Under the pieces are notes generated by a model. The model had not been told where the DNA came from, made no database searches, and saw only the letters and a list, made by a program, of their open reading frames with translations. Source: the human T2T-CHM13v2.0 reference genome, Homo sapiens. From it: 64,000 bases of DNA. The translations under genes and the position numbers were made by a program. Each line of letters begins with the position of its first letter. Within the stretch, counting starts at the first letter, position 1. This document shows, piece after piece, positions 52,336 through 64,000 of the stretch. The stretch lies in the NCBI RefSeq assembly GCF_009914755.1, contig NC_060948.1, one strand, 5' to 3'.

Positions 52336-55300
52336 CTAATGAAATTGATCGGAAAAAATGGAATGGAGTAGAATCGAATAAGATGGATTCAAAGGCAACA
52401 AATAGAATTGAATGGAATGCGGTGAGGTGGAGGGCATTGGAATGGAGTTGAATGGAATGGGGTATAATTGAATTGAATGGAGTGGAGTGGATTGTAGTGG
52501 ACTGGAGTGGAATGGAACGGAATGGGCAGGAATGGAATTGAAAGGGGTGAATTGGAATTGAGTGCTGTGGATTGGAGTAGACTGCATTGTAGTGGATTGG
52601 AGTGGAAAGAAGTGGAGTGGAATGGAATGGAATGCAATGGAGTGGAGTGGAATGGAATGGAGTGGAGTAGAATGGAATTTAATGGAGTGGAGTGGAATTG
52701 AGTGGAATGGAGAGTAATGGAGTGGAGTGGACTGGAGCGAAGTGGAGTGTAGTGCATTGGACTGTAGGGGATTGAAGTGGCTTGGAGTGCAATGGAGTGG
52801 AGTGGAATGGAATGTAATGGAATGGAATGGAATGGAGTGGAATGGAATCGAATCACATGGAACTGAATCAAATCGAATTGAATGAAATTGAATGGAAAAA
52901 ATGGAATGAAATGGAATCAAATCGAATGGATTCGAATGACATTGAATGGAATCGAAAGGAATGCAGTGAGGTGGAGTTGAGTGGAGTGGAGTGGAATGGA
53001 ATGGGATGAATGGAATTGACTGGAGAGGAGTGGAATGGAATGGAATGGAAAGGAATGGAATTGAACGAAATGGAGTGTAGTAGAATGTAGTGGATTGGAG
53101 TGGAGTGCAGGGGAGTGCAGTGGAATGAAGAGGAGTGTAGTTGAATGGAATGGAATGGTATGGAACGTACTGGAATGGAATGGATAAGAATGGAATGGAA
53201 TGGAATCGCATGGAATTGAATAGAATGAAATCGAATTGAATAGAATCAAAAGGAAAAAATGGAGGCAAATGGAATCGAATGTCATAGAATCGAACGGTTT
53301 TGAATGTCAGTGAAAGGAAACGAATGGAATGCGATGAAGTGGAGCGGAGTGGAGTGGAAAGGAGTGCAATGGAATAGGGTGGAACAGAATTTAATGGAAC
53401 AGAGTGGATTGGAGTGGACTGGAGTGGAATGGAAAGGGAAGGAATGGGATTGAAAGGAGTGGCGTGCAGTGGAGTGGAGTGGCATGGAGTGGAGTGGAGT
53501 GGAATGGAGTGGAATGGAATGGAGTGGAATAGAGTGGATTGGAATGGAATGGAGTGCAGAGGAATGGAATGGAATGGTATAGAGTGGACAGGAATGGAGT
53601 GGAGTGGATTGGAATGGAATGGAATGTAAGGGAATGGAACTGAATGGACTGGAATGGAATGGAGTAGAATGGAATCACAGGGAATCAAATTGGATTGAAT
53701 CGAATCGAATGGAGAAAATGAAATCAAATGAAATTGAATGGAATCGAATTGAATGTAAACAATGGAATCCAATGGAGTCAAATGGAATCGAATCAAATGG
53801 TTTTGAATGGCATCAAATGAAATGGCATGGAAGGCAGTGAATTGGAGTGGAGTGGAATAGAGAGGAATGAATTGGAATGGAGTGTAGTGGAATGGAGTGG
53901 ATTGGATTGGAATGGAATGGAATAGATTGGATTGGAGTGGTGCAGAGTGGAATGGACTGGAGTGCAGAGGAATGGAGTGGAGTGAAGTCCAGTTGAGTGG
54001 AATGGAATGGAGTGGAGCAGAGTGGAATTCAAAAGAATGAAGTGGATTGGTATGGAATGGAATGGCGTGGAATGGCGTGGAATAGAATGGAATGGAATCG
54101 CATGGAATGATATGAAATCAAATCGAATTGAACGGAAAATTATGAATCCAATGGAATCGAAAGGATTCTAAAGGAATGGATTCGAAAGGCATTGAATGGA
54201 ATGGAAAGGAATGCAGTGAAGTGGAGTGGAGTGGAGTGGAATGTTTTAGAGTGAACTGGGGTGGATTGGAACTCTATGGCGGGGAGTGGAGTGAAGTGGA
54301 TTGGAGTGGAATGGAGCGCAATGGACTGGAGTGGAGTGGAATGGATTGGAGTGGAGTGGAGTGCATCGGAGTGGAGTGCTGTGGAGTGGACTAGAGTGGG
54401 GTGGAGTGGAGTGCATTGGAGTGGAATGGAACGGAGTGGGGTGGAATGGAATGGAATGGAATCAAATCGCATGGTAATGAATCAAATGGAATCAAATCGA
54501 ATGGAAATAATGGAATCGAAGGGAAACGAATGGAATCGAATTGCACTGATTCTACTGACTTCGAGGAAAATGAAATGAAATGCGGTGAAGTGGAATGGAG
54601 GGAATGTATTAGGGTGGAATGGAATTGAATGGTGTGGAGTGGAGTGGAGTGCCCAGGAGTGGAATGGGAAGAAATGGAATTGAACGGAGTGGAGTGGAGT
54701 GGAATGGGGGATAATGGAGTGGAGTAGAGTGGAGTGGAGTAGAGTGGAATGGGTTGGAGTGTAATGCAGAGTACAGGAGTGGAGTGCGGTGGACTGGAGT
54801 GGAGTGGAGTTGAGTGGAGTGGATTGGATTGAAATAGAGCGGAGCAGAGTGGAATGGAATTGAATCACATGGTATTGAATCAAATCGAATGGAATTAAAT
54901 CGAATGAAAAAATGGAATCAAAAGCAAACGAATGGAGTCAAACCTCATTGGTTAAACTGACATCGAAAAATATCAAATGAAATGTGGTGAAGTGGAGTGG
55001 AGTGTAATGAAATGGGGTGGAATGAAATTGAATGGAGTGGAGTGGATTGGAGTCTACTGGAGTGGAATGGAACGGAATGCAAAGGAATGGAATAGAATGC
55101 AGTGAAGTGCAGTGCAGTGAAGTGGAGTGGAAAGGAATGGAATGGAATGGAATGGAATGGAATGGAATGGAACGGAATCAAATGGTATCGAAGTGAATCG
55201 AATCTAATGAAATTGATCGGAAAAAATGGAATGGAGTAGAATCGAATAAGATGGATTCAAAGGCAACAAATAGAATTGAATGGAATGCGGTGAGGTGGAG

Positions 55301-58300
55301 GGCATTGGAATGGAGTTGAATGGAATGGGGTATAATTGAATTGAATGGAGTGGAGTGGATTGTAGTGGACTGGAGTGGAATGGAACGGAATGGGCAGGAA
55401 TGGAATTGAAAGGGGTGAATTGGAATTGAGTGCTGTGGATTGGAGTAGACTGCATTGTAGTGGATTGGAGTGGAAAGAAGTGGAGTGGAATGGAATGGAA
55501 TGCAATGGAGTGGAGTGGAATGGAATGGAGTGGAGTAGAATGGAATTTAATGGAGTGGAGGGGAATTGAGTGGAATGGAGAGTAATGGAGTGGAGTGGAC
55601 TGGAGCGAAGTGGAGTGTAGTGCATTGGACTGTAGGGGATTGAAGTGGCTTGGAGTGCAATGGAGTGGAGTGGAATGGAATGTAATGGAATGGAATGGAA
55701 TGGAGTGGAATGGAATCGAATCACATGGAACTGAATCAAATCGAATTGAATGAAATTGAATGGAAAAAATGGAATGAAATGGAATCAAATCGAATGGATT
55801 CGAATGACATTGAATGGAATCGAAAGGAATGCAGTGAGGTGGAGTTGAGTGGAGTGGAGTGGAATGGAATGGGATGAATGGAATTGACTGGAGAGGAGTG
55901 GAATGGAATGGAATGGAAAGGAATGGAATTGAACGAAATGGAGTGTAGTAGAATGTAGTGGATTGGAGTGGAGTGCAGGGGAGTGCAGTGGAATGAAGAG
56001 GAGTGTAGTTGAATGGAATGGAATGGTATGGAACGTACTGGAATGGAATGGATAAGAATGGAATGGAATGGAATCGCATGGAATTGAATAGAATGAAATC
56101 GAATTGAATAGAATCAAAAGGAAAAAATGGAGGCAAATGGAATCGAATGTCATAGAATCGAACGGTTTTGAATGTCAGTGAAAGGAAACGAATGGAATGC
56201 GATGAAGTGGAGCGGAGTGGAGTGGAAAGGAGTGCAATGGAATAGGGTGGAACAGAATTTAATGGAACAGAGTGGATTGGAGTGGACTGGAGTGGAATGG
56301 AAAGGGAAGGAATGGGATTGAAAGGAGTGGCGTGCAGTGGAGTGGAGTGGCATGGAGTGGAGTGGAGTGGAATGGAGTGGAATGGAATGGAGTGGAATGG
56401 AGTGGATTGGAATGGAATGGAGTGCAGAGGAATGGAATGGAATGGTATAGAGTGGACAGGAATGGAGTGGAGTGGATTGGAATGGAATGGAATGTAAGGG
56501 AATGGAACTGAATGGACTGGAATGGAATGGAGTAGAATGGAATCACAGGGAATCAAATTGGATTGAATCGAATCGAATGGAGAAAATGAAATCAAATGAA
56601 ATTGAATGGAATCGAATTGAATGTAAACAATGGAATCCAATGGAGTCAAATGGAATCGAATCAAATGGTTTTGAATGGCATCAAATGAAATGGCATGGAA
56701 GGCAGTGAATTGGAGTGGAGTGGAATAGAGAGGAATGAATTGGAATGGAGTGTAGTGGAATGGAGTGGATTGGATTGGAATGGAATGGAATAGATTGGAT
56801 TGGAGTGGTGCAGAGTGGAGTGGACTGGAGTGCAGAGGAATGGAGTGGAGTGAAGTCCAGTTGAGTGGAATGGAATGGAGTGGAGCAGAGTGGAATTCAA
56901 AAGAATGAAGTGGATTGGTATGGAATGGAATGGCGTGGAATGGCGTGGAATAGAATGGAATGGAATCGCATGGAATGATATGAAATCAAATCGAATTGAA
57001 CGGAAAATTATGAATCCAATGGAATAGAAAGGATTCTAAAGGAATGGATTCGAAAGGCATTGAATGGAATGGAAAGGAATGCAGTGAAGTGGAGTGGAGT
57101 GGAGTGGAATGTTTTAGAGTGAACTGGGGTGGATTGGAACTCTATGGCGGGGAGTGGAGTGAAGTGGATTGGAGTGGAATGGAGCGCAATGGACTGGAGT
57201 GGAGTGGAATGGATTGGAGTGGAGTGGAGTGCATCGGAGTGGAGTGCTGTGGAGTGGACTAGAGTGGGGTGGAGTGGAGTGCATTGGAGTGGAATGGAAC
57301 GGAGTGGGGTGGAATGGAATGGAATGGAATCAAATCGCATGGTAATGAATCAAATGGAATCAAATCGAATGGAAATAATGGAATCGAAGGGAAACGAATG
57401 GAATCGAATTGCACTGATTCTACTGACTTCGAGGAAAATGAAATGAAATGCGGTGAAGTGGAATGGAGGGAATGTATTAGGGTGGAATGGAATTGAATGG
57501 TGTGGAGTGGAGTGGAGTGCCCAGGAGTGGAATGGGAAGAAATGGAATTGAACGGAGTGGAGTGGAGTGGAATGGGGGATAATGGAGTGGAGTAGAGTGG
57601 AGTGGAGTAGAGTGGAATGGGTTGGAGTGTAATGCAGAGTACAGGAGTGGAGTGCGGTGGACTGGAGTGGAGTGGAGTTGAGTGGAGTGGATTGGATTGA
57701 AATAGAGCGGAGCAGAGTGGAATGGAATTGAATCACATGGTATTGAATCAAATCGAATGGAATTAAATCGAATGAAAAAATGGAATCAAAAGCAAACGAA
57801 TGGAGTCAAACCTCATTGGTTAAACTGACATCGAAAAATATCAAATGAAATGTGGTGAAGTGGAGTGGAGTGTAATGAAATGGGGTGGAATGAAATTGAA
57901 TGGAGTGGAGTGGATTGGAGTCTACTGGAGTGGAATGGAACGGAATGCAAAGGAATGGAATAGAATGCAGTGAAGTGCAGTGCAGTGAAGTGGAGTGGAA
58001 AGGAATGGAATGGAATGGAATGGAATGGAATGGAATGGAATGGAACGGAATCAAATGGTATCGAAGTGAATCGAATCTAATGAAATTGATCGGAAAAAAT
58101 GGAATGGAGTAGAATCGAATAAGATGGATTCAAAGGCAACAAATAGAATTGAATGGAATGCGGTGAGGTGGAGGGCATTGGAATGGAGTTGAATGGAATG
58201 GGGTATAATTGAATTGAATGGAGTGGAGTGGATTGTAGTGGACTGGAGTGGAATGGAACGGAATGGGCAGGAATGGAATTGAAAGGGGTGAATTGGAATC

Positions 58301-61300
58301 GAGTGCTGTGGATTGGAGTAGACTGCATTGTAGTGGATTGGAGTGGAAAGAAGTGGAGTGGAATGGAATGGAATGCAATGGAGTGGAGTGGAATGGAATG
58401 GAGTGGAGTAGAATGGAATTTAATGGAGTGGAGTGGAATTGAGTGGAATGGAGAGTAATGGAGTGGAGTGGACTGGAGCGAAGTGGAGTGTAGTGCATTG
58501 GACTGTAGGGGATTGAAGTGGCTTGGAGTGCAATGGAGTGGAGTGGAATGGAATGTAATGTAATGGAATGGAATGGAGTGGAATGGAATCGAATCACATG
58601 GAACTGAATCAAATCGAATTGAATGAAATTGAATGGAAAAAATGGAATGAAATGGAATCAAATCGAATGGATTCGAATGACATTGAATGGAATCGAAAGG
58701 AATGCAGTGAGGTGGAGTTGAGTGGAGTGGAGTGGAATGGAATGGGATGAATGGAATTGACTGGAGAGGAGTGGAATGGAATGGAATGGAAAGGAATGGA
58801 ATTGAACGAAATGGAGTGTAGTAGAATGTAGTGGATTGGAGTGGAGTGCAGGGGAGTGCAGTGGAATGAAGAGGAGTGTAGTTGAATGGAATGGAATGGT
58901 ATGGAACGTACTGGAATGGAATGGATAAGAATGGAATGGAATGGAATCGCATGGAATTGAATAGAATGAAATCGAATTGAATAGAATCAAAAGGAAAAAA
59001 TGGAGGCAAATGGAATCGAATGTCATAGAATCGAACGGTTTTGAATGTCAGTGAAAGGAAACGAATGGAATGCGATGAAGTGGAGCGGAGTGGAGTGGAA
59101 AGGAGTGCAATGGAATAGGGTGGAACAGAATTTAATGGAACAGAGTGGATTGGAGTGGACTGGAGTGGAATGGAAAGGGAAGGAATGGGATTGAAAGGAG
59201 TGGCGTGCAGTGGAGTGGAGTGGCATGGAGTGGAGTGGAGTGGAATGGAGTGGAATGGAATGGAGTGGAATGGAGTGGATTGGAATGGAATGGAGTGCAG
59301 AGGAATGGAATGGAATGGTATAGAGTGGACAGGAATGGAGTGGAGTGGATTGGAATGGAATGGAATGTAAGGGAATGGAACTGAATGGACTGGAATGGAA
59401 TGGAGTAGAATGGAATCACAGGGAATCAAATTGGATTGAATCGAATCGAATGGAGAAAATGAAATCAAATGAAATTGAATGGAATCGAATTGAATGTAAA
59501 CAATGGAATCCAATGGAGTCAAATGGAATCGAATCAAATGGTTTTGAATGGCATCAAATGAAATGGCATGGAAGGCAGTGAATTGGAGTGGAGTGGAATA
59601 GAGAGGAATGAATTGGAATGGAGTGTAGTGGAATGGAGTGGATTGGATTGGAATGGAATGGAATAGATTGGATTGGAGTGGTGCAGAGTGGAGTGGACTG
59701 GAGTGCAGAGGAATGGAGTGGAGTGAAGTCCAGTTGAGTGGAATGGAATGGAGTGGAGCAGAGTGGAATTCAAAAGAATGAAGTGGATTGGTATGGAATG
59801 GAATGGCGTGGAATGGCGTGGAATAGAATGGAATGGAATCGCATGGAATGATATGAAATCAAATCGAATTGAACGGAAAATTATGAATCCAATGGAATCG
59901 AAAGGATTCTAAAGGAATGGATTCGAAAGGCATTGAATGGAATGGAAAGGAATGCAGTGAAGTGGAGTGGAGTGGAGTGGAATGTTTTAGAGTGAACTGG
60001 GGTGGATTGGAACTCTATGGCGGGGAGTGGAGTGAAGTGGATTGGAGTGGAATGGAGCGCAATGGACTGGAGTGGAGTGGAATGGATTGGAGTGGAGTGG
60101 AGTGCATCGGAGTGGAGTGCTGTGGAGTGGACTAGAGTGGGGTGGAGTGGAGTGCATTGGAGTGGAATGGAACGGAGTGGGGTGGAATGGAATGGAATGG
60201 AATCAAATCGCATGGTAATGAATCAAATGGAATCAAATCGAATGGAAATAATGGAATCGAAGGGAAACGAATGGAATCGAATTGCACTGATTCTACTGAC
60301 TTCGAGGAAAATGAAATGAAATGCGGTGAAGTGGAATGGAGGGAATGTATTAGGGTGGAATGGAATTGAATGGTGTGGAGTGGAGTGGAGTGCCCAGGAG
60401 TGGAATGGGAAGAAATGGAATTGAACGGAGTGGAGTGGAGTGGAATGGGGGATAATGGAGTGGAGTAGAGTGGAGTGGAGTAGAGTGGAATGGGTTGGAG
60501 TGTAATGCAGAGTACAGGAGTGGAGTGCGGTGGACTGGAGTGGAGTGGAGTTGAGTGGAGTGGATTGGATTGAAATAGAGCGGAGCAGAGTGGAATGGAA
60601 TTGAATCACATGGTATTGAATCAAATCGAATGGAATTAAATCGAATGAAAAAATGGAATCAAAAGCAAACGAATGGAGTCAAACCTCATTGGTTAAACTG
60701 ACATCGAAAAATATCAAATGAAATGTGGTGAAGTGGAGTGGAGTGTAATGAAATGGGGTGGAATGAAATTGAATGGAGTGGAGTGGATTGGAGTCTACTG
60801 GAGTGGAATGGAACGGAATGCAAAGGAATGGAATAGAATGCAGTGAAGTGCAGTGCAGTGAAGTGGAGTGGAAAGGAATGGAATGGAATGGAATGGAATG
60901 GAATGGAATGGAATGGAACGGAATCAAATGGTATCGAAGTGAATCGAATCTAATGAAATTGATCGGAAAAAATGGAATGGAGTAGAATCGAATAAGATGG
61001 ATTCAAAGGCAACAAATAGAATTGAATGGAATGCGGTGAGGTGGAGGGCATTGGAATGGAGTTGAATGGAATGGGGTATAATTGAATTGAATGGAGTGGA
61101 GTGGATTGTAGTGGACTGGAGTGGAATGGAACGGAATGGGCAGGAATGGAATTGAAAGGGGTGAATTGGAATTGAGTGCTGTGGATTGGAGTAGACTGCA
61201 TTGTAGTGGATTGGAGTGGAAAGAAGTGGAGTGGAATGGAATGGAATGCAATGGAGTGGAGTGGAATGGAATGGAGTGGAGTAGAATGGAATTTAATGGA

Positions 61301-63822
61301 GTGGAGTGGAATTGAGTGGAATGGAGAGTAATGGAGTGGAGTGGACTGGAGCGAAGTGGAGTGTAGTGCATTGGACTGTAGGGGATTGAAGTGGCTTGGA
61401 GTGCAATGGAGTGGAGTGGAATGGAATGTAATGGAATGGAATGGAATGGAGTGGAATGGAATCGAATCACATGGAACTGAATCAAATCGAATTGAATGAA
61501 ATTGAATGGAAAAAATGGAATGAAATGGAATCAAATCGAATGGATTCGAATGACATTGAATGGAATCGAAAGGAATGCAGTGAGGTGGAGTTGAGTGGAG
61601 TGGAGTGGAATGGAATGGGATGAATGGAATTGACTGGAGAGGAGTGGAATGGAATGGAATGGAAAGGAATGGAATTGAACGAAATGGAGTGTAGTAGAAT
61701 GTAGTGGATTGGAGTGGAGTGCAGGGGAGTGCAGTGGAATGAAGAGGAGTGTAGTTGAATGGAATGGAATGGTATGGAACGTACTGGAATGGAATGGATA
61801 AGAATGGAATGGAATGGAATCGCATGGAATTGAATAGAATGAAATCGAATTGAATAGAATCAAAAGGAAAAAATGGAGGCAAATGGAATCGAATGTCATA
61901 GAATCGAACGGTTTTGAATGTCAGTGAAAGGAAACGAATGGAATGCGATGAAGTGGAGCGGAGTGGAGTGGAAAGGAGTGCAATGGAATAGGGTGGAACA
62001 GAATTTAATGGAACAGAGTGGATTGGAGTGGACTGGAGTGGAATGGAAAGGGAAGGAATGGGATTGAAAGGAGTGGCGTGCAGTGGAGTGGAGTGGCATG
62101 GAGTGGAGTGGAGTGGAATGGAGTGGAATGGAATGGAGTGGAATGGAGTGGATTGGAATGGAATGGAGTGCAGAGGAATGGAATGGAATGGTATAGAGTG
62201 GACAGGAATGGAGTGGAGTGGATTGGAATGGAATGGAATGTAAGGGAATGGAACTGAATGGACTGGAATGGAATGGAGTAGAATGGAATCACAGGGAATC
62301 AAATTGGATTGAATCGAATCGAATGGAGAAAATGAAATCAAATGAAATTGAATGGAATCGAATTGAATGTAAACAATGGAATCCAATGGAGTCAAATGGA
62401 ATCGAATCAAATGGTTTTGAATGGCATCAAATGAAATGGCATGGAAGGCAGTGAATTGGAGTGGAGTGGAATAGAGAGGAATGAATTGGAATGGAGTGTA
62501 GTGGAATGGAGTGGATTGGATTGGAATGGAATGGAATAGATTGGATTGGAGTGGTGCAGAGTGGAGTGGACTGGAGTGCAGAGGAATGGAGTGGAGTGAA
62601 GTCCAGTTGAGTGGAATGGAATGGAGTGGAGCAGAGTGGAATTCAAAAGAATGAAGTGGATTGGTATGGAATGGAATGGCGTGGAATGGCGTGGAATAGA
62701 ATGGAATGGAATCGCATGGAATGATATGAAATCAAATCGAATTGAACGGAAAATTATGAATCCAATGGAATCGAAAGGATTCTAAAGGAATGGATTCGAA
62801 AGGCATTGAATGGAATGGAAAGGAATGCAGTGAAGTGGAGTGGAGTGGAGTGGAATGTTTTAGAGTGAACTGGGGTGGATTGGAACTCTATGGCGGGGAG
62901 TGGAGTGAAGTGGATTGGAGTGGAATGGAGCGCAATGGACTGGAGTGGAGTGGAATGGATTGGAGTGGAGTGGAGTGCATCGGAGTGGAGTGCTGTGGAG
63001 TGGACTAGAGTGGGGTGGAGTGGAGTGCATTGGAGTGGAATGGAACGGAGTGGGGTGGAATGGAATGGAATGGAATCAAATCGCATGGTAATGAATCAAA
63101 TGGAATCAAATCGAATGGAAATAATGGAATCGAAGGGAAACGAATGGAATCGAATTGCACTGATTCTACTGACTTCGAGGAAAATGAAATGAAATGCGGT
63201 GAAGTGGAATGGAGGGAATGTATTAGGGTGGAATGGAATTGAATGGTGTGGAGTGGAGTGGAGTGCCCAGGAGTGGAATGGGAAGAAATGGAATTGAACG
63301 GAGTGGAGTGGAGTGGAATGGGGGATAATGGAGTGGAGTAGAGTGGAGTGGAGTAGAGTGGAATGGGTTGGAGTGTAATGCAGAGTACAGGAGTGGAGTG
63401 CGGTGGACTGGAGTGGAGTGGAGTTGAGTGGAGTGGATTGGATTGAAATAGAGCGGAGCAGAGTGGAATGGAATTGAATCACATGGTATTGAATCAAATC
63501 GAATGGAATTAAATCGAATCAAAAAATGGAATCAAAAGCAAACGAATGGAGTCAAACCTCATTGGTTAAACTGACATCGAAAAATATCAAATGAAATGTG
63601 GTGAAGTGGAGTGGAGTGTAATGAAATGGGGTGGAATGAAATTGAATGGAGTGGAGTGGATTGGAGTCTACTGGAGTGGAATGGAACGGAATGTAAAGGA
63701 ATGGAATAGAATGCAGTGAAGTGCAGTGTAGTGAAATGGAGTGGAAAGGAATGGAATGGAATGGAATGGAATGGAATGGAATGGAATGGAACGGAATCAA
63801 ATGGCATCGAAGTGAATCGAAT
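52336..63822 (+). repeat. Run of four near-identical units (U19-U22), recent monomer amplification
   Basis: All four share GCATTGTAG instead of GCATTCTAG (52589, 55457, 58330, 61203), which I did not see in any other unit. They also share a 10-bp deletion, CAAAAGG, GTGAAAGG, GAGCGCAAT and GCATCGG. Lengths are 2868, 2873, 2873, 2873. Confidence 0.88.
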
Positions 63823-64000
63823 CTAATGAAATTGATTGGAAAAAACGGAATGGAGTAGAATCGAATAAGATGGATTCAAAGGCAACAAATAGAATTGAAT
63901 GGAATGCGGTGAGGTGGAGGGCATTGGAATGGAGTTGAATGGAATGGGGTATAATTGAATTGAATGGCGTGGAGTGGATTGTAGTGGACTGGAGTGGAAT

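Larger units (their letters stand above)
540..63822 (+). repeat. 22 complete tandem copies of a ~2.87 kb repeat unit, probably DYZ18 (Yq11/Yq12 boundary HSat3)
   Basis: The anchor CTAATGAAATTGAT recurs at 540, 3403, 6296, 9174, 12032, 14930, 17793, 20671, 23538, 26420, 29298, 32180, 35043, 37925, 40827, 43680, 46572, 49464, 52336, 55204, 58077, 60950 and 63823. Unit lengths are 2863, 2893, 2878, 2858, 2898, 2863, 2878, 2867, 2882, 2878, 2882, 2863, 2882, 2902, 2853, 2892, 2892, 2872, 2868, 2873, 2873, 2873. The ORF track repeats with the same period. The period is certain. The DYZ18 name rests on my recollection that its unit is ~2.86 kb, whereas DYZ1 is ~3.6 kb and the chr15 HSat3 unit is ~1.8 kb. 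The confidence given is for the name. Confidence 0.65.
1..64000 (+). repeat. Human satellite III (HSat3)-type pentameric satellite array, (GGAAT/GGAGT)n diverged; heterochromatin
   Basis: Every part of the window is made of GGAAT, GGAGT, GGATT, CGAAT, CAAAT or TGAAT pentamer variants. The + strand is purine-rich throughout. I saw no unique sequence and no strand switch. (CATTC)n divergent repeats define HSat3 (established knowledge). Confidence 0.97.

Noticed and set aside
378-63242. Short plus-strand ORFs (MEWNG/VEWSG repeats)
   Set aside because: These are direct translations of (GGAAT)n and (GGAGT)n, repeated once per unit, with no evidence of coding function.
1-64000. Telomeric repeat, inversion or canonical G-quadruplex array
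   Set aside because: There are no TTAGGG tandem repeats, the G-rich strand never switches, and G-runs of 3 or more are sparse. Only weak two-tetrad GG patterns exist.

Overview
The whole 64 kb window is one uninterrupted, single-orientation satellite array of degenerate pentamers (GGAAT/GGAGT on + strand, CATTC-type on - strand), i.e. primate/human satellite III (HSat3). It is organised hierarchically. 5-bp pentamers build 7 diverged ~300-550 bp sub-repeats, which make up a highly homogeneous ~2.87 kb unit (22 complete copies of 2853-2902 bp plus two partial copies). Local 2-unit (5760 bp) and ~3-unit (~8.6 kb) duplications, hybrid units and a recently homogenised 4-unit run sit on top of that. 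The ~2.86-2.9 kb period and GGAGT richness best fit the human Y DYZ18 array (from recalled literature, not verified by alignment). I find no genes, RNA genes, transposons or CRISPR arrays. All listed ORFs are translation artefacts of the pentamer. I see no novel protein-coding system. What deserves a second look is the array architecture and the record of recombination written in unit-specific variants. Units are numbered U1-U22 from the recurring CTAATGAAATTGAT anchor at 540.
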